DNA of 63,863 nt, counting the filler, from Octopus bimaculoides (lineage: Eukaryota): NCBI RefSeq assembly GCF_001194135.2. It is 6 parts of 5 records of this genome, joined end to end, with 100 filler letters (N's around TTAATTAATTAA, not from the genome) between each part and the next. Parts side by side here need not be neighbours in the genome. Positions count along the whole stretch, not along the records: positions 36,860 to 57,887 come from NC_068987.1; positions 57,988 to 60,471 come from NW_026366877.1; positions 60,572 to 61,754 come from NC_068987.1; positions 61,855 to 63,863 come from NW_026343152.1; 2 more parts are not named here. One strand, 5' to 3'. Below the pieces are notes generated by a model that was not told where the DNA came from, did no database searches, and saw only the letters and a program-made list of their open reading frames with translations. Made by a program: the position numbers and the translations under genes. How positions within the stretch are numbered: position 1 is the first letter of the stretch; each line of letters begins with the position of its first letter. Shown here one piece after another: positions 49,854 to 62,756 of this stretch.

Positions 49854-50789
49854 GCTACTGCTACTGGTGCTGCCGCTGCCGCTGCCGCAGACTGACCGAT
49901 TATATCTGAGAAAGACGGTAATGTGTATCACAGAAAAATGTTATAAGTAGTTTTGAATGCTCACAGTTGTAAACCCCTATGATCCAATGATTAAAGCACT
50001 GGCCTCCGAACAAGAGGATTGCGGAACCTAGTCCTGTTAGAGGTAACTGGAACATTAGAAATTCTCACCTTAGTTTATCTCAATAGTCANNNNNNNNNNN
50101 NNNNNNNNNNNNNNNNNNNNNNNNNNNNNNNNNNNNNNNNNNNNNNNNNNNNNNNNNNNNNNNNNNNNNNNNNNNNNNNNNNNNNNNNNNNNNNNNNNNN
50201 NNNNNNNNNNNNNNNNNNNNNNNNNNNNNNNNNNNNNNNNNNNNNNNNNNNNNNNNNNNNNNNNNNNNNNNNNNNNNNNNNNNNNNNNNNNNNNNNNNNN
50301 NNNNNNNNNNNNNNNNNNNNNNNNNNNNNNNNNNNNNNNNNNNNNNNNNNNNNNNNNNNNNNNNNNNNNNNNNNNNNNNNNNNNNNNNNNNNNNNNNNNN
50401 NNNNNNNNNNNNNNNNNNNNNNNNNNNNNNNNNNNNNNNNNNNNNNNNNNNNNNNNNNNNNNNNNNNNNNNNNNNNNNNNNNNNNNNNNNNNNNNNNNNN
50501 NNNNNNNNNNNNNNNNNNNNNNNNNNNNNNNNNNNNNNNNNNNNNNNNNNNNNNNNNNNNNNNNNNNNNNNNNNNNNNNNNNNNNNNNNNNNNNNNNNNN
50601 NNNNNNNNNNNNNNNNNNNNNNNNNNNNNNNNNNNNNNNNNNNNNNNNNNNNNNNNNNNNNNNNNNNNNNNNNNNNNNNNNNNNNNNNNNNNNNNNNNNN
50701 NNNNNNNNNNNNNNNNNNNNNNNNNNNNNNNNNNNNNNNNNNNNNNNNNNNNNNNNNNNNNNNNNNNNNNNNNNNNNNNNNNNNNNNNN

Positions 50790-50884
50790 TACTACTGCTG
50801 CTGCTACTGCTGCTACTACTACTACTACTACTACTACTGCTGCTGCTACTGCTGCTGCTACTGCTGCTGCTGCTGCTTCTACTA

Positions 50885-50932
<48 letters not shown>

Positions 50933-50971
50933 CTGCTGCTGCTACTGCTGCTGCTGCTGCTGCTACTACTG

Positions 50972-51021
<50 letters not shown>

Positions 51022-51030
51022 GTTACTGCT
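50790..51030. repeat. Compound (CTA)n/(CTG)n trinucleotide microsatellite; representative of dozens of (TA)n, (CA)n, (GA)n, (TAA)n, (TACA)n and (GATA)n tracts
   Basis: Read directly; most gaps are bordered by such microsatellites. Confidence 0.95.
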
Positions 51031-51263
51031 GCTGTTGCTTCGTTTTCATGCTATAGTTGTAAGGTGTGATGTGCGAGAGATTTGGCTGCTGTTTCTAGCA
51101 AGTTCCTACGACAACGGAGAATCACATTGACTGGTTGCTGTTGCTCTTGTCTTTTGTTATTGTTGCTCTACCTGATCCAATGTACTCCACACACACACAC
51201 ACACACACACACCACCACCACCACCACCACCACCACCAAAACCACCATCGCCACCACCACCAC

Positions 51264-53733
51264 CAGGGGTTGTAAATAATTTATTGGAACCTTTCCAATC
51301 GATAATTTTCCTAGCGATCAGTTAATTTTAATTGGAATACAAGCCAATCAGTTATTGCATTTAATTGCAACTAATTGTCAATTATTATGCCGAACGTAAA
51401 AATACCATTTATTTTGGAGTGTTAGCTTCGATTTAGATAAGAACCAAAATGATAGGAAATTAAGTTTCAAAAACTTTATTATCAGAAAACGCTCAAAGTT
51501 CAGTTTTATTGATTTAGAATAGGGAACAAACATGTATACTCTACATTGAACAGTAGTTGAAAAACAAATAAACTAAAAGTCTTTAACTGAAAGAGTTTTT
51601 CAAACGAGTAGCACAATTAAAATGTTCTAATATAGCAAAAGATCATGAACGATTGCAGATTTCTGAAACTAGTTCTTTATCCCAGAAAGCGCGATTGACT
51701 TTTAGAAATAATTGTATTTCTAAATTCATTGGTGTTAAGTATTGCCGAAAATCATTAAAAGCGAAACCTGTTGAGCTAAAAAAATCTACAGTTCAGATAA
51801 TGATGAGAAGTTTTATCTTTTTTGTGTGTTTTCAAACAAATTGAAGCAAAATCATCTTCTGCAGGTAAATCAGACTGTTGTGATGTGTCTGTCACCACTT
51901 TCAGCTGATGTAGATCAGCCACTTCATTTGCAGTAAGATCTGCTTCTGCATGTTGTAAAGTTTTCAGAACTCCACTATCAGAATTTGGGCTCTGCACAAT
52001 GGCTGCCGATGGAAGCAAATATTTAAAAAAAACTCCTTGTAAGGATACAATGCGAGAATTTCGTCAAAAGAATTCGAGCATCTCCCAAATCTATTTCTGT
52101 TCTTTGCAAGGCGACTGTTGTCTTTCCTTAATTGTCTTTTAGAGTCTTTAGATCATTACGATCTCATGGAGTCAACAGATAATCAACCAGCTTTGGATCG
52201 CCTTGAAAAGAGTCTAAATACCGTTTGAGTTGGATGTACCTCTCAATCATTTCATAAGTACTGGACCAACGGGTTTTTATTTCTTTGTCTAGGATGCAAA
52301 GGCGATTTTTCCCCGAAGTTTACCCGCAAATTTCGATGATTTTAGCTTACCCATCAACAAATTAATTTTCTCAAGAAGTTCCTGCTTGTCGAGATAAGCA
52401 GAAACAGCTAGACTGAATTTATGAGAGGCACATCCAATCAATGGTATTCTTCACAAATTCGCTATAGATTTGTTCACTTCAGTATTATTTCCGGTGATAG
52501 CTACGACATTTTCTAAATTTTTTGTTATAGATACTTAACACATACTCTATAAATTCGACATAATCAGGAGCAGTGAATGACTTTACCATTAGGCGAAAGT
52601 GCCAGCAAACAGTACTATAGTCATTTTGATAATTGCACATATACGATGAAAAAAGTCCAACGAAATGCGTCGATTATCAACGAAAATTCACTTGGAAGTT
52701 CATCAGATATTTTCGTTTCCATTTCTTGAGTAAGTTTCTCCGTGTATTTCATTAAGGTCACATTTGCCATACTTCCCAAGTTTATGTACCTTCAAGTCAG
52801 TGGGTCTTCAGTAAAGGAAAACGGTTTTAAACCAACACATGCCCATTCAATCCAACCATAAACATTTAAGGCCGAGCGACTGACCAAACTACTTCTTAGT
52901 GAAAGAAAACTCGATAAAGACGGTTGTCCAGTTGCTTATGTAGTAGTACAATACTCTGGATGTTGATTTTTTTTATATGATTCATAAAATTTGTCCATCC
53001 AATTCCTTTTCTCTGGATCAACTTTTTTCCACACTTTCATTTCTATACATGTTCACTGTCTGTATGGTTAAAATATTTTCTGATGATTTGCTCGTTTTCA
53101 CGCGGCATGGTTTAGTTTAAAATAAAAGATATTTCGCCACAATTTAGAATAGAAGATATTTCGCCACTCCACTGATGAAAGTCTGATTCAGTTAATATGT
53201 TGGAGCGGAATTCAAAATACAACCGCGTTGCAGGCGACGTTACGATTTAATAACATGACAGAATGTGTGAATCATTCTCGGCAGTCAGAACCAAGAATCA
53301 CTCGACAGCGATTATTTGACAACATATACAATAGCCAGTTCCAAACACAACTGAATGTGTGAATAATTCTCGGCAGTCCTAACCAAGCGCCAACACTCGA
53401 CAGCGGTTATTCGACAACATACACAATAGTCAATTCCCAAGCATGGTAGAATATGTATCATTCTCAGCAGTCCGAATCAAGCATCAACACTTGACAACAT
53501 ACACAATAGTCAATTCCTTAGCACGACAGAATGTGTGAATCATTCTCAGCAGTCAGAACAAAGCGTCAACACAATACCTCAAATAATAATAGAATGCTGT
53601 ATTTGCCAATTGAACGTCGAATGAAGCATGAGTCATTTCAAAACCTTTCGCTGACAATGCTGCAATTAACTGCAGTTAGTTGTAATTAATTGATATGATA
53701 GCAATCAATTATTTAATTGGCAGTATGACTCTG
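51264..53733 (-). mobile_element. Decayed hAT-superfamily DNA transposon (transposase relic about 51830-53108)
   Basis: Minus frames give VYGWIEW...PFSFTEDPLT, FSLIID, NVVAITGNN, IPLIGCASHKFSLAV (CxxH) and TRWSSTYEMIERY. Ends are inferred from CAG-starting termini and AATTG-rich subterminal motifs, so the boundaries are uncertain. Confidence 0.85.
53253..53572. repeat. Diverged minisatellite of about 92-96 bp, about 3.5 copies, upstream of the hAT transposase
   Basis: GAATGTGTGAAT(C/A)ATTCTC(G/A)GCAGTC anchors at 53261, 53353, 53449 (variant) and 53529. Confidence 0.9.
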
Positions 53734-56700
53734 TAGCGAAGCTTTTCTCTCAGTTATATATATATGTGAATGCGAACGTAGCAGATAACATCTAGCCTTC
53801 AGCCGCATCTTTGGACCCTGTTGTGTCCACCATTCGGATCTTGTTCAAAATGGGGGCACCAGTTTTCATTTATGTTTTATGTAGTGTTTTTGGTACCGAA
53901 AGACTTTCAAACTTCGTATACTTATCTATTTTGTGTTATAGAACAGAAAAAAAATTTTGTATTCGGATTTATTTCATGTAAAAAATTGTCTTATTTCGAT
54001 AATTTCAACCAATCACTGACAAGTATTCAGCTGTTTACACTTACTCCTTTGGCACTTTAAGCGGTGTAAAGCGTATTTAATCTCCATTACTTCTGACATT
54101 TTGCAGAGGCAACACNNNNNNNNNNNNNNNNNNNNNNNNNNNNNNNNNNNNNNNNNNNNNNNNNNNNNNNNNNNNNNNNNNNNNNNNNNNNNNNNNNNNN
54201 NNNNNNNNNNNNNNNNNNNNNNNNNNNNNNNNNNNNNNNNNNNNNNNNNNNNNNNNNNNNNNNNNNNNNNNNNNNNNNNNNNNNNNNNNNNNNNNNNNNN
54301 NNNNNNNNNNNNNNNNNNNNNNNNNNNNNNNNNNNNNNNNNNNNNNNNNNNNNNNNNNNNNNNNNNNNNNNNNNNNNNNNNNNNNNNNNNNNNNNNNNNN
54401 NNNNNNNNNNNNNNNNNNNNNNNNNNNNNNNNNNNNNNNNNNNNNNNNNNNNNNNNNNNNNNNNNNNNNNNNNNNNNNNNNNNNNNNNNNNNNNNNNNNN
54501 NNNNNNNNNNNNNNNNNNNNNNNNNNNNNNNNNNNNNNNNNNNNNNNNNNNNNNNNNNNNNNNNNNNNNNNNNNNNNNNNNNNNNNNNNNNNNNNNNNNN
54601 NNNNNNNNNNNNNNNNNNNNNNNNNNNNNNNNNNNNNNNNNNNNNNNNNNNNNNNNNNNNNNNNNNNNNNNNNNNNNNNNNNNNNNNNNNNNNNNNNNNN
54701 NNNNNNNNNNNNNNNNNNNNNNNNNNNNNNNNNNNNNNNNNNNNNNNNNNNNNNNNNNNNNNNNNNNNNNNAAACTCCATCTTCGACGCCACCATCAGCT
54801 TCTTCGTCGCCAGCGTCTACTCAACGTACGCACCGCCAACAGCTCCCGCACTGGTTTTGTGTGAATTGCCTCACCATGAAGAACAGCGAGTACTGCCTGC
54901 GAGACCACCTGTATCAAGTAACCGGTCGCAGCATAGTAGCCTCAACTTCTTACACGACATGTGTTTTTCTCCGGCTCTGCTATTCGGCCACGACTTCTTG
55001 TGCAGCACCTTTACCACTGTGTACCATGAATACGAACTGGTATTCATGTTTAATCCTTGTGCCTGGACTTTTAACGTCCTTATTATATAGACTGTTTTCT
55101 ATGCTTTGTATCTCTTACATTCACATACACATATTTGTAAACACACACTCTTTGTTTACATGACAGCTTGTCTTATATTGTTTTATTATGTCGTATTCAC
55201 ACTTACACAGACATTCTAGTTGACTACCAATAAACCTTACTTTTATACATCTTTACCGGTTGAGTCTCTCTCTTTTCTTTTTGGCACTTACCTCATACCA
55301 TCTTTTGTTTTTTTTTTATATTTGTGCCGACCGTGCGATGCGCTAAAGGAGCCGTTCCTTCGTCACCATCTCCTGGTCGCACGGTCGCTACAACTCCAAT
55401 CAATTGATAGGATCAATATATTACAATTAATTTTTTATTCCCCTGCACACCACATAGCCGACATAATTTTTCAGAGCAATTGAACGTGTAACATATTATA
55501 TACCAGTCTCATATATGTAATATAGTGAGGAGAAAACTTCAATGTACTGCGATTATCTACGCAGTTAGGAGACAAAACTCCCTTTAGGGATTTAAAATAA
55601 TGAAAAAAAAAAGCAAGAAAGGAAATAACAGTAATAATGGCGATTAATCGCAAATTTCCAGGAAGTTAAGGTAATACAGTTTGTAGATTTTGCTTGGATT
55701 ACCAGTGAACGAAAAGTAGTGGACATGTTTCGATTTTGTCAAGTCTCGTCAGTGTTAGACTTTGAAGTAGTCAAAGTATTTATTGAAATGGAGAGTAATT
55801 GGTGATGTTGATTATGGAATCTTTTCTGTTTGGCTGCACCTGTGGAAATCTCAAACTTTTGTGAAAATTTTCAAATTTGGTGTATTGATGTAATTTTCCA
55901 CACTGAATCTCACGGGGTATCCTTACTTTTCTCAGAAAATAATTTTTTAAAGGTTATGGAAGGATTTGGAAGTTATCATTTTGTTCGTGACTGCACGAGT
56001 TGTCAACATTCTGAAAATAGAACGTATTTTAATATGAAACTGTAAATAAATCAACTTCTGTTTTACGCACGACATATAACCCCCTTATAATTTTTTCTTA
56101 TTTTTTGGAATTCATGCGATTAAACAAAAGCCAAAAAAAAAAATTGGGAAAGGGGTGTGAGCATGATTTAAAGCTATTTAGCTGTTGTTTTAGCACGTTT
56201 CACGACCACCTGAATGACTAAAGCAAAAACGAGTAAACAATACATTGTAGTTATAACAAACCTAAAAGATCCATCCAAAAACAAAATAGAACATTACAAA
56301 TTAAATATTTTTTTCAAAATATCAAACTTACAAAATTTATCCAAAGACACATCAAAAAATGAACATTTTGTTGTCCATTTCGTTGAAAATGAAAGTTTAA
56401 AATTCACTATAGTAATTTCTGGAAAAAATTATGGTTTTCGTATCTCCTGCGCCACATAAATTCGCAGAGGTATGAGTCACCCATGCAACGGTGAGTGCCG
56501 CAGCGTTGTTTATTACCTCGCTTTACAGAGACACCTTGCAAATAAGAAATCGCATCCTCTCTGTTTTTAGTGTCTCCATCATATGCGCAAGGTTGGTTCG
56601 TGTAGAATATATTTGTCAACGCATGTGCTTTCTCGCAGACAAAAGAGTTCTTATTCTTGGCTTGTTATTATGGAAGCAGGCATAAATGTATCTGTGACTT

Positions 56701-56987
56701 ACGATTGGCTAAAATTACCAAAAATGTGCTAACTTTAAAAGCTTTTAACACTTTATTTATTGATTTATGGCGAAAATGAATTTCATGTCAATCATTAGTA
56801 TACAAAACTACATCATTACACCAAATATGAAATCAATTAGAACAGAAATTGAAGAAACTGAAAACAGGAAAGATCAATAACCGGGACTGATGAAAATACT
56901 TCGAGGCTTGTTCAACATGATGCGTGAATGTATCTATTTATAAGGTGTGTTTATGTATGTATATGTGTGTATATGCATCTATTTGTG

Positions 56988-57070
<83 letters not shown>

Positions 57071-57071
57071 G

Positions 57072-57209
57072 CAAATGAATAATAACATACGATGGATAAT
57101 TGTCAGCTCATTACAGCTGTTTCTTAAGTATCTTTTTTCTTCTAGTAAAAAGATACGTAAGAAACAGCTGTAATGAGCTGACAATTATCCATCATATGTT
57201 ATTCATTTG
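57072..57209. repeat. Fold-back inverted repeat with arms of about 63 bp
   Basis: CAAATGAATAA..GATGGATAATTGTCAGCTCATTACAGCTGTTTCTTA versus its reverse complement, with a short spacer. Confidence 0.92.
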
Positions 57210-58139
57210 ATTATAATATACCAAGGAGATTTACGACTGGTCGGATACCCCTAGAGTATACCAACAACGTACTATTCAAAGTAACATGTGATTTGGACCA
57301 GCCCCTAAGCGGTAAATACTCATAAGGTTGGGGTTTTTTCTGTGTACACAACCGGAATATTCTATTTCATACTTACCAACCGTAAGCCGGAACCACAAAT
57401 TTATCAAACCTTACCTAGTGCATATCTTTATATCTTTTCAAGTACCTGATTCTATCTGAATCTTTATTTTACTATGCACACACACACACACACACATTAT
57501 ATTATATTATATTATAAAATAAGAGCAGGAAAATTACACCAAAAAATCATCACAGAAGATATACGTCCAAAATAATATTGTATTAATAGATAGATGTATA
57601 AATATATAAATTTTTCCACCAAGAGCACTCATTAGAAATTCAGTATATTGTATTCTCATTGAATATATTTGATTAACGATATATATATATCGTTTTTGGA
57701 TTTGGTTTGCAATATTTTTTTATGTGATTTCGTGTGTTGAAGCATATTCTGTTGAGTCTAGACTATTGATAAGGTTGCAAGACGCAACGAAAATTTTAGG
57801 AAAATAAAAATAAAAAATAAGTGGAAATTTTAACGGTGAGTGTGTTAAATTATAAGGCACAATAAGAAAATGACTCTCCTCAGACACNNNNNNNNNNNNN
57901 NNNNNNNNNNNNNNNNNNNNNNNNNNNNNNNTTAATTAATTAANNNNNNNNNNNNNNNNNNNNNNNNNNNNNNNNNNNNNNNNNNNNTATATATACATAT
58001 ATATATTTATAATATATATAATATAAGTGGTTAAATTGAAGTTAATTCAGTTGGCTTAATTCTTTACATTAATTCAATATTTACAATCACATATTTTCCC
58101 TGCAAAATGAAATATTCAAAAATGGGTGGAACTTTTTTC

Positions 58140-58760
58140 CTTGGCCACACCTCGAATATTGATGCCCCTTGTGGTATCCCCACACAAAACAAAACATGTC
58201 GAGGATTGAATCACCCCAGAGGGCACTCACCAAACCAATTGAAGGCATGACAGATCTTAATTACTGGGACCGCCTTAAAGCCTTGAAGCTCTACTCTCTC
58301 CAGTGCCGCCGGGAGCGGTACATCATTTGTTCGATGTGGAAAATATACCACCAGCATTACCCAAACGACCTGAACCTTAGTTTCAAGATTCATCCAAGGC
58401 TGGGACCACGAGCCATACGTCCTTTGCCTAATTCAGAATCACAGCGTATAGGTACATTGCGGTATAATTTCTTTTCCTCAACAGGCCCTGCCTTGTTTAA
58501 CATTGTCCCGAAACAGATAAAAGAGGAAAAGGATCCTATCAGCTTTAAGCGGAGTCTAGACAGCTTTCTTCAAAGAATACCAGACAAACCACCAATACCT
58601 GGATACAACTCACTCAATAAGTACTCACTACTTGAATGGACCATAGACCAAACTTGACTGTAAAAAGCATTTAGGTAATTCTATCAGATGGTGCTATTAA
58701 GTTAAACATGGCCAGGACTAATCTTTGGTCGAAACAAATCTAAATTTATCTAAGTTTATC
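58140..58760 (+). mobile_element. CR1-group LINE ORF2 C-terminus and 3' UTR
   Basis: EY..PLWYPH...IESPQRALTK.I.GM..LNYWDRLK.LKLYSLQCRRERY...WKI...GPALFN..P..I......SFKRSLDSFL..IPDKP. Confidence 0.92.
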
Positions 58761-61700
58761 TAATTCTATATATTCATATATTTATATATATATATATNNN
58801 NNNNNNNNNNNNNNNNNNNNNNNNNNNNNNNNNNNNNNNNNNNNNNNNNNNNNNNNNNNNNNNNNNNNNNNNNNNNNNNNNNNNNNNNNNNNNNNNNNNN
58901 NNNNNNNNNNNNNNNNNNNNNNNNNNNNNNNNNNNNNNNNNNNNNNNNNNNNNNNNNNNNNNNNNNNNNNNNNNNNNNNNNNNNNNNNNNNNNNNNNNNN
59001 NNNNNNNNNNNNNNNNNNNNNNNNNNNNNNNNNNNNNNNNNNNNNNNNNNNNNNNNNNNNNNNNNNNNNNNNNNNNNNNNNNNNNNNNNNNNNNNNNNNN
59101 NNNNNNNNNNNNNNNNNNNNNNNNNNNNNNNNNNNNNNNNNNNNNNNNNNNNNNNNNNNNNNNNNNNNNNNNNNNNNNNNNNNNNNNNNNNNNNNNNNNN
59201 NNNNNNNNNNNNNNNNNNNNNNNNNNNNNNNNNNNNNNNNNNNNNNNNNNNNNNNNNNNNNNNNNNNNNNNNNNNNNNNNNNNNNNNNNNNNNNNNNNNN
59301 NNNNNNNNNNNNNNNNNNNNNNNNNNNNNNNNNNNNNNNNNNNNNNNNNNNNNNNNNNNNNNNNNNNNNNNNNNNNNNNNNNNNNNNNNNNNNNNNNNNN
59401 NNNNNNNNNNNNNNNNNNNNNNNNNNNNNNNNNNNNNNNNNNNNNNNNNNNNNNNNNNNNNNNNNNNNNNNNNNNNNNNNNNNNNNNNNNNNNNNNNNNN
59501 NNNNNNNNNNNNNNNNNNNNNNNNNNNNNNNNNNNNNNNNNNNNNNNNNNNNNNNNNNNNNNNNNNNNNNNNNNAATAAGAAGAAATTTAATTTAGATTG
59601 GTTCATGCTGTCAATTTCTTTCACCTACGACGAAGGTAAAAAATGTTGTAACATTTGTAATTCTAAACTGTTCCACATTCTCTTTTCTAAGAAACCCCTT
59701 GTAAACACGTTTATTGAGCGTTCTCACCGATGTAAACATTGGCAGAAACACACCTTTAGCTCATATAGGTGATTTCTGCCAATCTATATAGTTTGAACAT
59801 TTAATTCTCTCATTCTACTTCCAATAGAGATATCTATTTCCAAGCCTTTGAACATTTATTTAACTCATATATTACTCTATATTTCTCCTTTATTAGTTCT
59901 CTCCTCATTAATTTCTTTACCTCTTCTCTTTATATGCGCTACCTTTGACGTCATATATACTAACGGTGTTTTAAAATACTCAATAGCGTCCTGTTCATCG
60001 TTTATACAGTCATCACATTTGTTAAAATGGCTTATTGTTGAGTTTGATTCTCTTTCTTTCCCTGATGAGAAGATTACATTATTTTACACCATTAATTCAT
60101 TTGGAATAATACCAATGTTGTCAACGAAACATATATCGGAAGTAAAAGAATTTGAATAACACCTGCGTTTAACTCCATTTATTCATTTATATTATACAAA
60201 CTACTACACATTAACCCAGAGTTTCTGCCTTTGAACAGATTGCTACATCCTTGTTACTTGCGTGAATTTTGCTAACCTGGTAACTGTTTATTGAATTTTC
60301 CATGTTAACTGTAAACAAAAGAAAATTCACTCAACCATTTACATATACTTCAACTAGATTATACACATATAAATGTATATATATATGTGTGTGTGTGTGT
60401 TTGTGTGTATGTGTATATGTGTGTGTTTGTGCGTGTGTGTGTGTATGTGCATATGTGTATGTATATATGTCNNNNNNNNNNNNNNNNNNNNNNNNNNNNN
60501 NNNNNNNNNNNNNNNTTAATTAATTAANNNNNNNNNNNNNNNNNNNNNNNNNNNNNNNNNNNNNNNNNNNNTGCAAAACAAACTTTTTGCGCTGCCCTGA
60601 TTATACATAGCAGGGTAATCCCTTTTTGCTGGCAATCTGTTGCTACACAGTTTTGCCAGAATTCTATCAAATTGGGCAGAAGATGTTGATGCACCATTTT
60701 GCATTATGTTCAAAGTAGCTTCTAGAATGAATTGCTGCAGTCTGTTGCCGTCATTTTAAACCGGTTGCTTTCTTTCCCCAGCAAACTCTCTTCTTTGGAG
60801 ATATAATCTATGTATATATTAAACAGAACAACAAAAGTTATAATAGTTGGCAGGGTCGGTACTTTTCACATTTCTGTAATTTTTCAGATTAACACCCGCA
60901 CGATTACCCAACCCTAACCCCTGACCCTAAAACATTAACCCTAACACCCTAGTGAAAATCGTGGTATATTTACCAAACATTGACGAACATGAGTTCTATT
61001 GTAGTCAATAATTGTGTGTACAGGTAGAAGGGAAGAAATATAAAAGTTGCTAGAAACAACAGCCAAATCTCCCTTAAATCACACAAAGTAAATGGAAATT
61101 TAAAAATCTAATTACTGCACTGGAAAGATCACATCAAGAAAATTCCATTGATGTAAAAATTTGTACGAAAAAGTGGAAAATGTGGATTTCTATACACTTT
61201 TTAAAAGGCTTCACACAGACACACAACTTCAGCTTTATATATTAAGATAAGATAAGGTATATAAATATATATATACATGAAAATATATATCTCTATATAT
61301 CATCATCGTTTAACGTCCGCTTTCAATGCTAGCATGGGTTGGACGATTTGACTGAGGATTGGTGAAACCAGATGGCTACACCAGGCTCTAATCTGATTTG
61401 GCAGAGTTTCTACAGCTGGATGCCCTCCCTAACGCCAACGACTCAGAGAGTGTAGTGGGTGCTTTTACATGTCACCGGCACGAAGGCCAGTCAGGCGGTA
61501 CTGACAACGGCCATGCTCAAAATGGTGTATTTTGTGTGCCACCTGCACAAGAGCCAGTCCAGGGGCACTGGCAACGATCTGGCTCGATGAATATATATAT
61601 CTCCATATATGTATATATATATATATATATACATACACATACATACATATATATATATATGAATATATATATCGCCATATATATATGAATATATATATCG

Positions 61701-61976
61701 CCATATATATATAAATATATATATCTCCATATATGTGTGTGTGTGTGTATATATNNNNNNNNNNNNNNNNNNNNNNNNNNNNNNNNNNNNNNNNNNNNTT
61801 AATTAATTAANNNNNNNNNNNNNNNNNNNNNNNNNNNNNNNNNNNNNNNNNNNNAGTACTAAGCTTACAAAGAATAAATCCTGTGGTTGATTTCTTCGAC
61901 CAACAGTGGTGCTCCACCATGGCCGCAGTCACATGACTGAATTAAGTAAAGCAATAAAAATCTATGCCATTTTAAT

Positions 61977-62004
61977 CCCGAGCAAGGCTGGGTATCTCTG
62001 CTAG
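61977..62004 (+). mobile_element. Helitron 3' terminus (GC hairpin plus CTAG)
   Basis: CCCGAGCAAGGCTGGGTATCTCTGCTAG|T. A Helitron-like 5' end lies on the minus strand at about 61160-61255 and on the plus strand at about 20408-20445. Confidence 0.65.
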
Positions 62005-62020
62005 TATATATATATATATA

Positions 62021-62520
62021 AGCAAATGTGGGGAGAAGCAAATTAGACACATCAATATATAAAGTATACATAAGGTGGTGAGCTGGCAGAAGTGTTACCA
62101 CACTAGGTGAAATGCTTTGCGGTATTTCTTCTGCCTTTACATTCTGAGTTCAAATTCCACCAATGTCAACTTTGCCTTTTATCCTTTCAGGGTCGATAAA
62201 TTAAGTACCAGTTGCATACTGGGGATAGATCTAATCAACTGGCTCCCTCCCAAAAAATTTCGGGCCTTGTGTCTAGAGTAGAAAAGAATATATAAAATAT
62301 ATTAAGTCCATCAAATACAAAATGTGTATATGTGTATATATATAAAAAAGTTTGACTTACACAGAGTACAAATGACCGTATAAATTAAAGGGTTATTTGT
62401 ACTCTGTGTAAGATGAACCTTTTTATATGTATACACACACACACACACACATATATATATATTATTTGATGAGATACTTTATATATTGATGTGTCTAATC
62501 TGCTTATCCCCGCATTTGCT
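62021..62520. mobile_element. Palindromic fold-back MITE with a SINE family B insertion (about 62072-62289) in its left arm
   Basis: Outer arms 62021-62067 and 62474-62520 are reverse-complementary. Inner hairpin: CTTACACAGAGTACAAATGACC / GGTTATTTGTACTCTGTGTAAG. Confidence 0.85.
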
Positions 62521-62718
62521 TCTATACCTGTTCAACCTGATCCCTCTTATACCTTTCTTTACATTGTGGAATCGATTCCCTGCAAAGATATCGGAGTCTA
62601 AATATGAATCTTTTGAGCATTACTAAGGGAGTTCTAAACAAAAAATATCTGGATCACATCTGTGAACTACATATACATATACATACACGCGCACACATAC
62701 ACACACACAAACACACGA

Positions 62719-62756
<38 letters not shown>

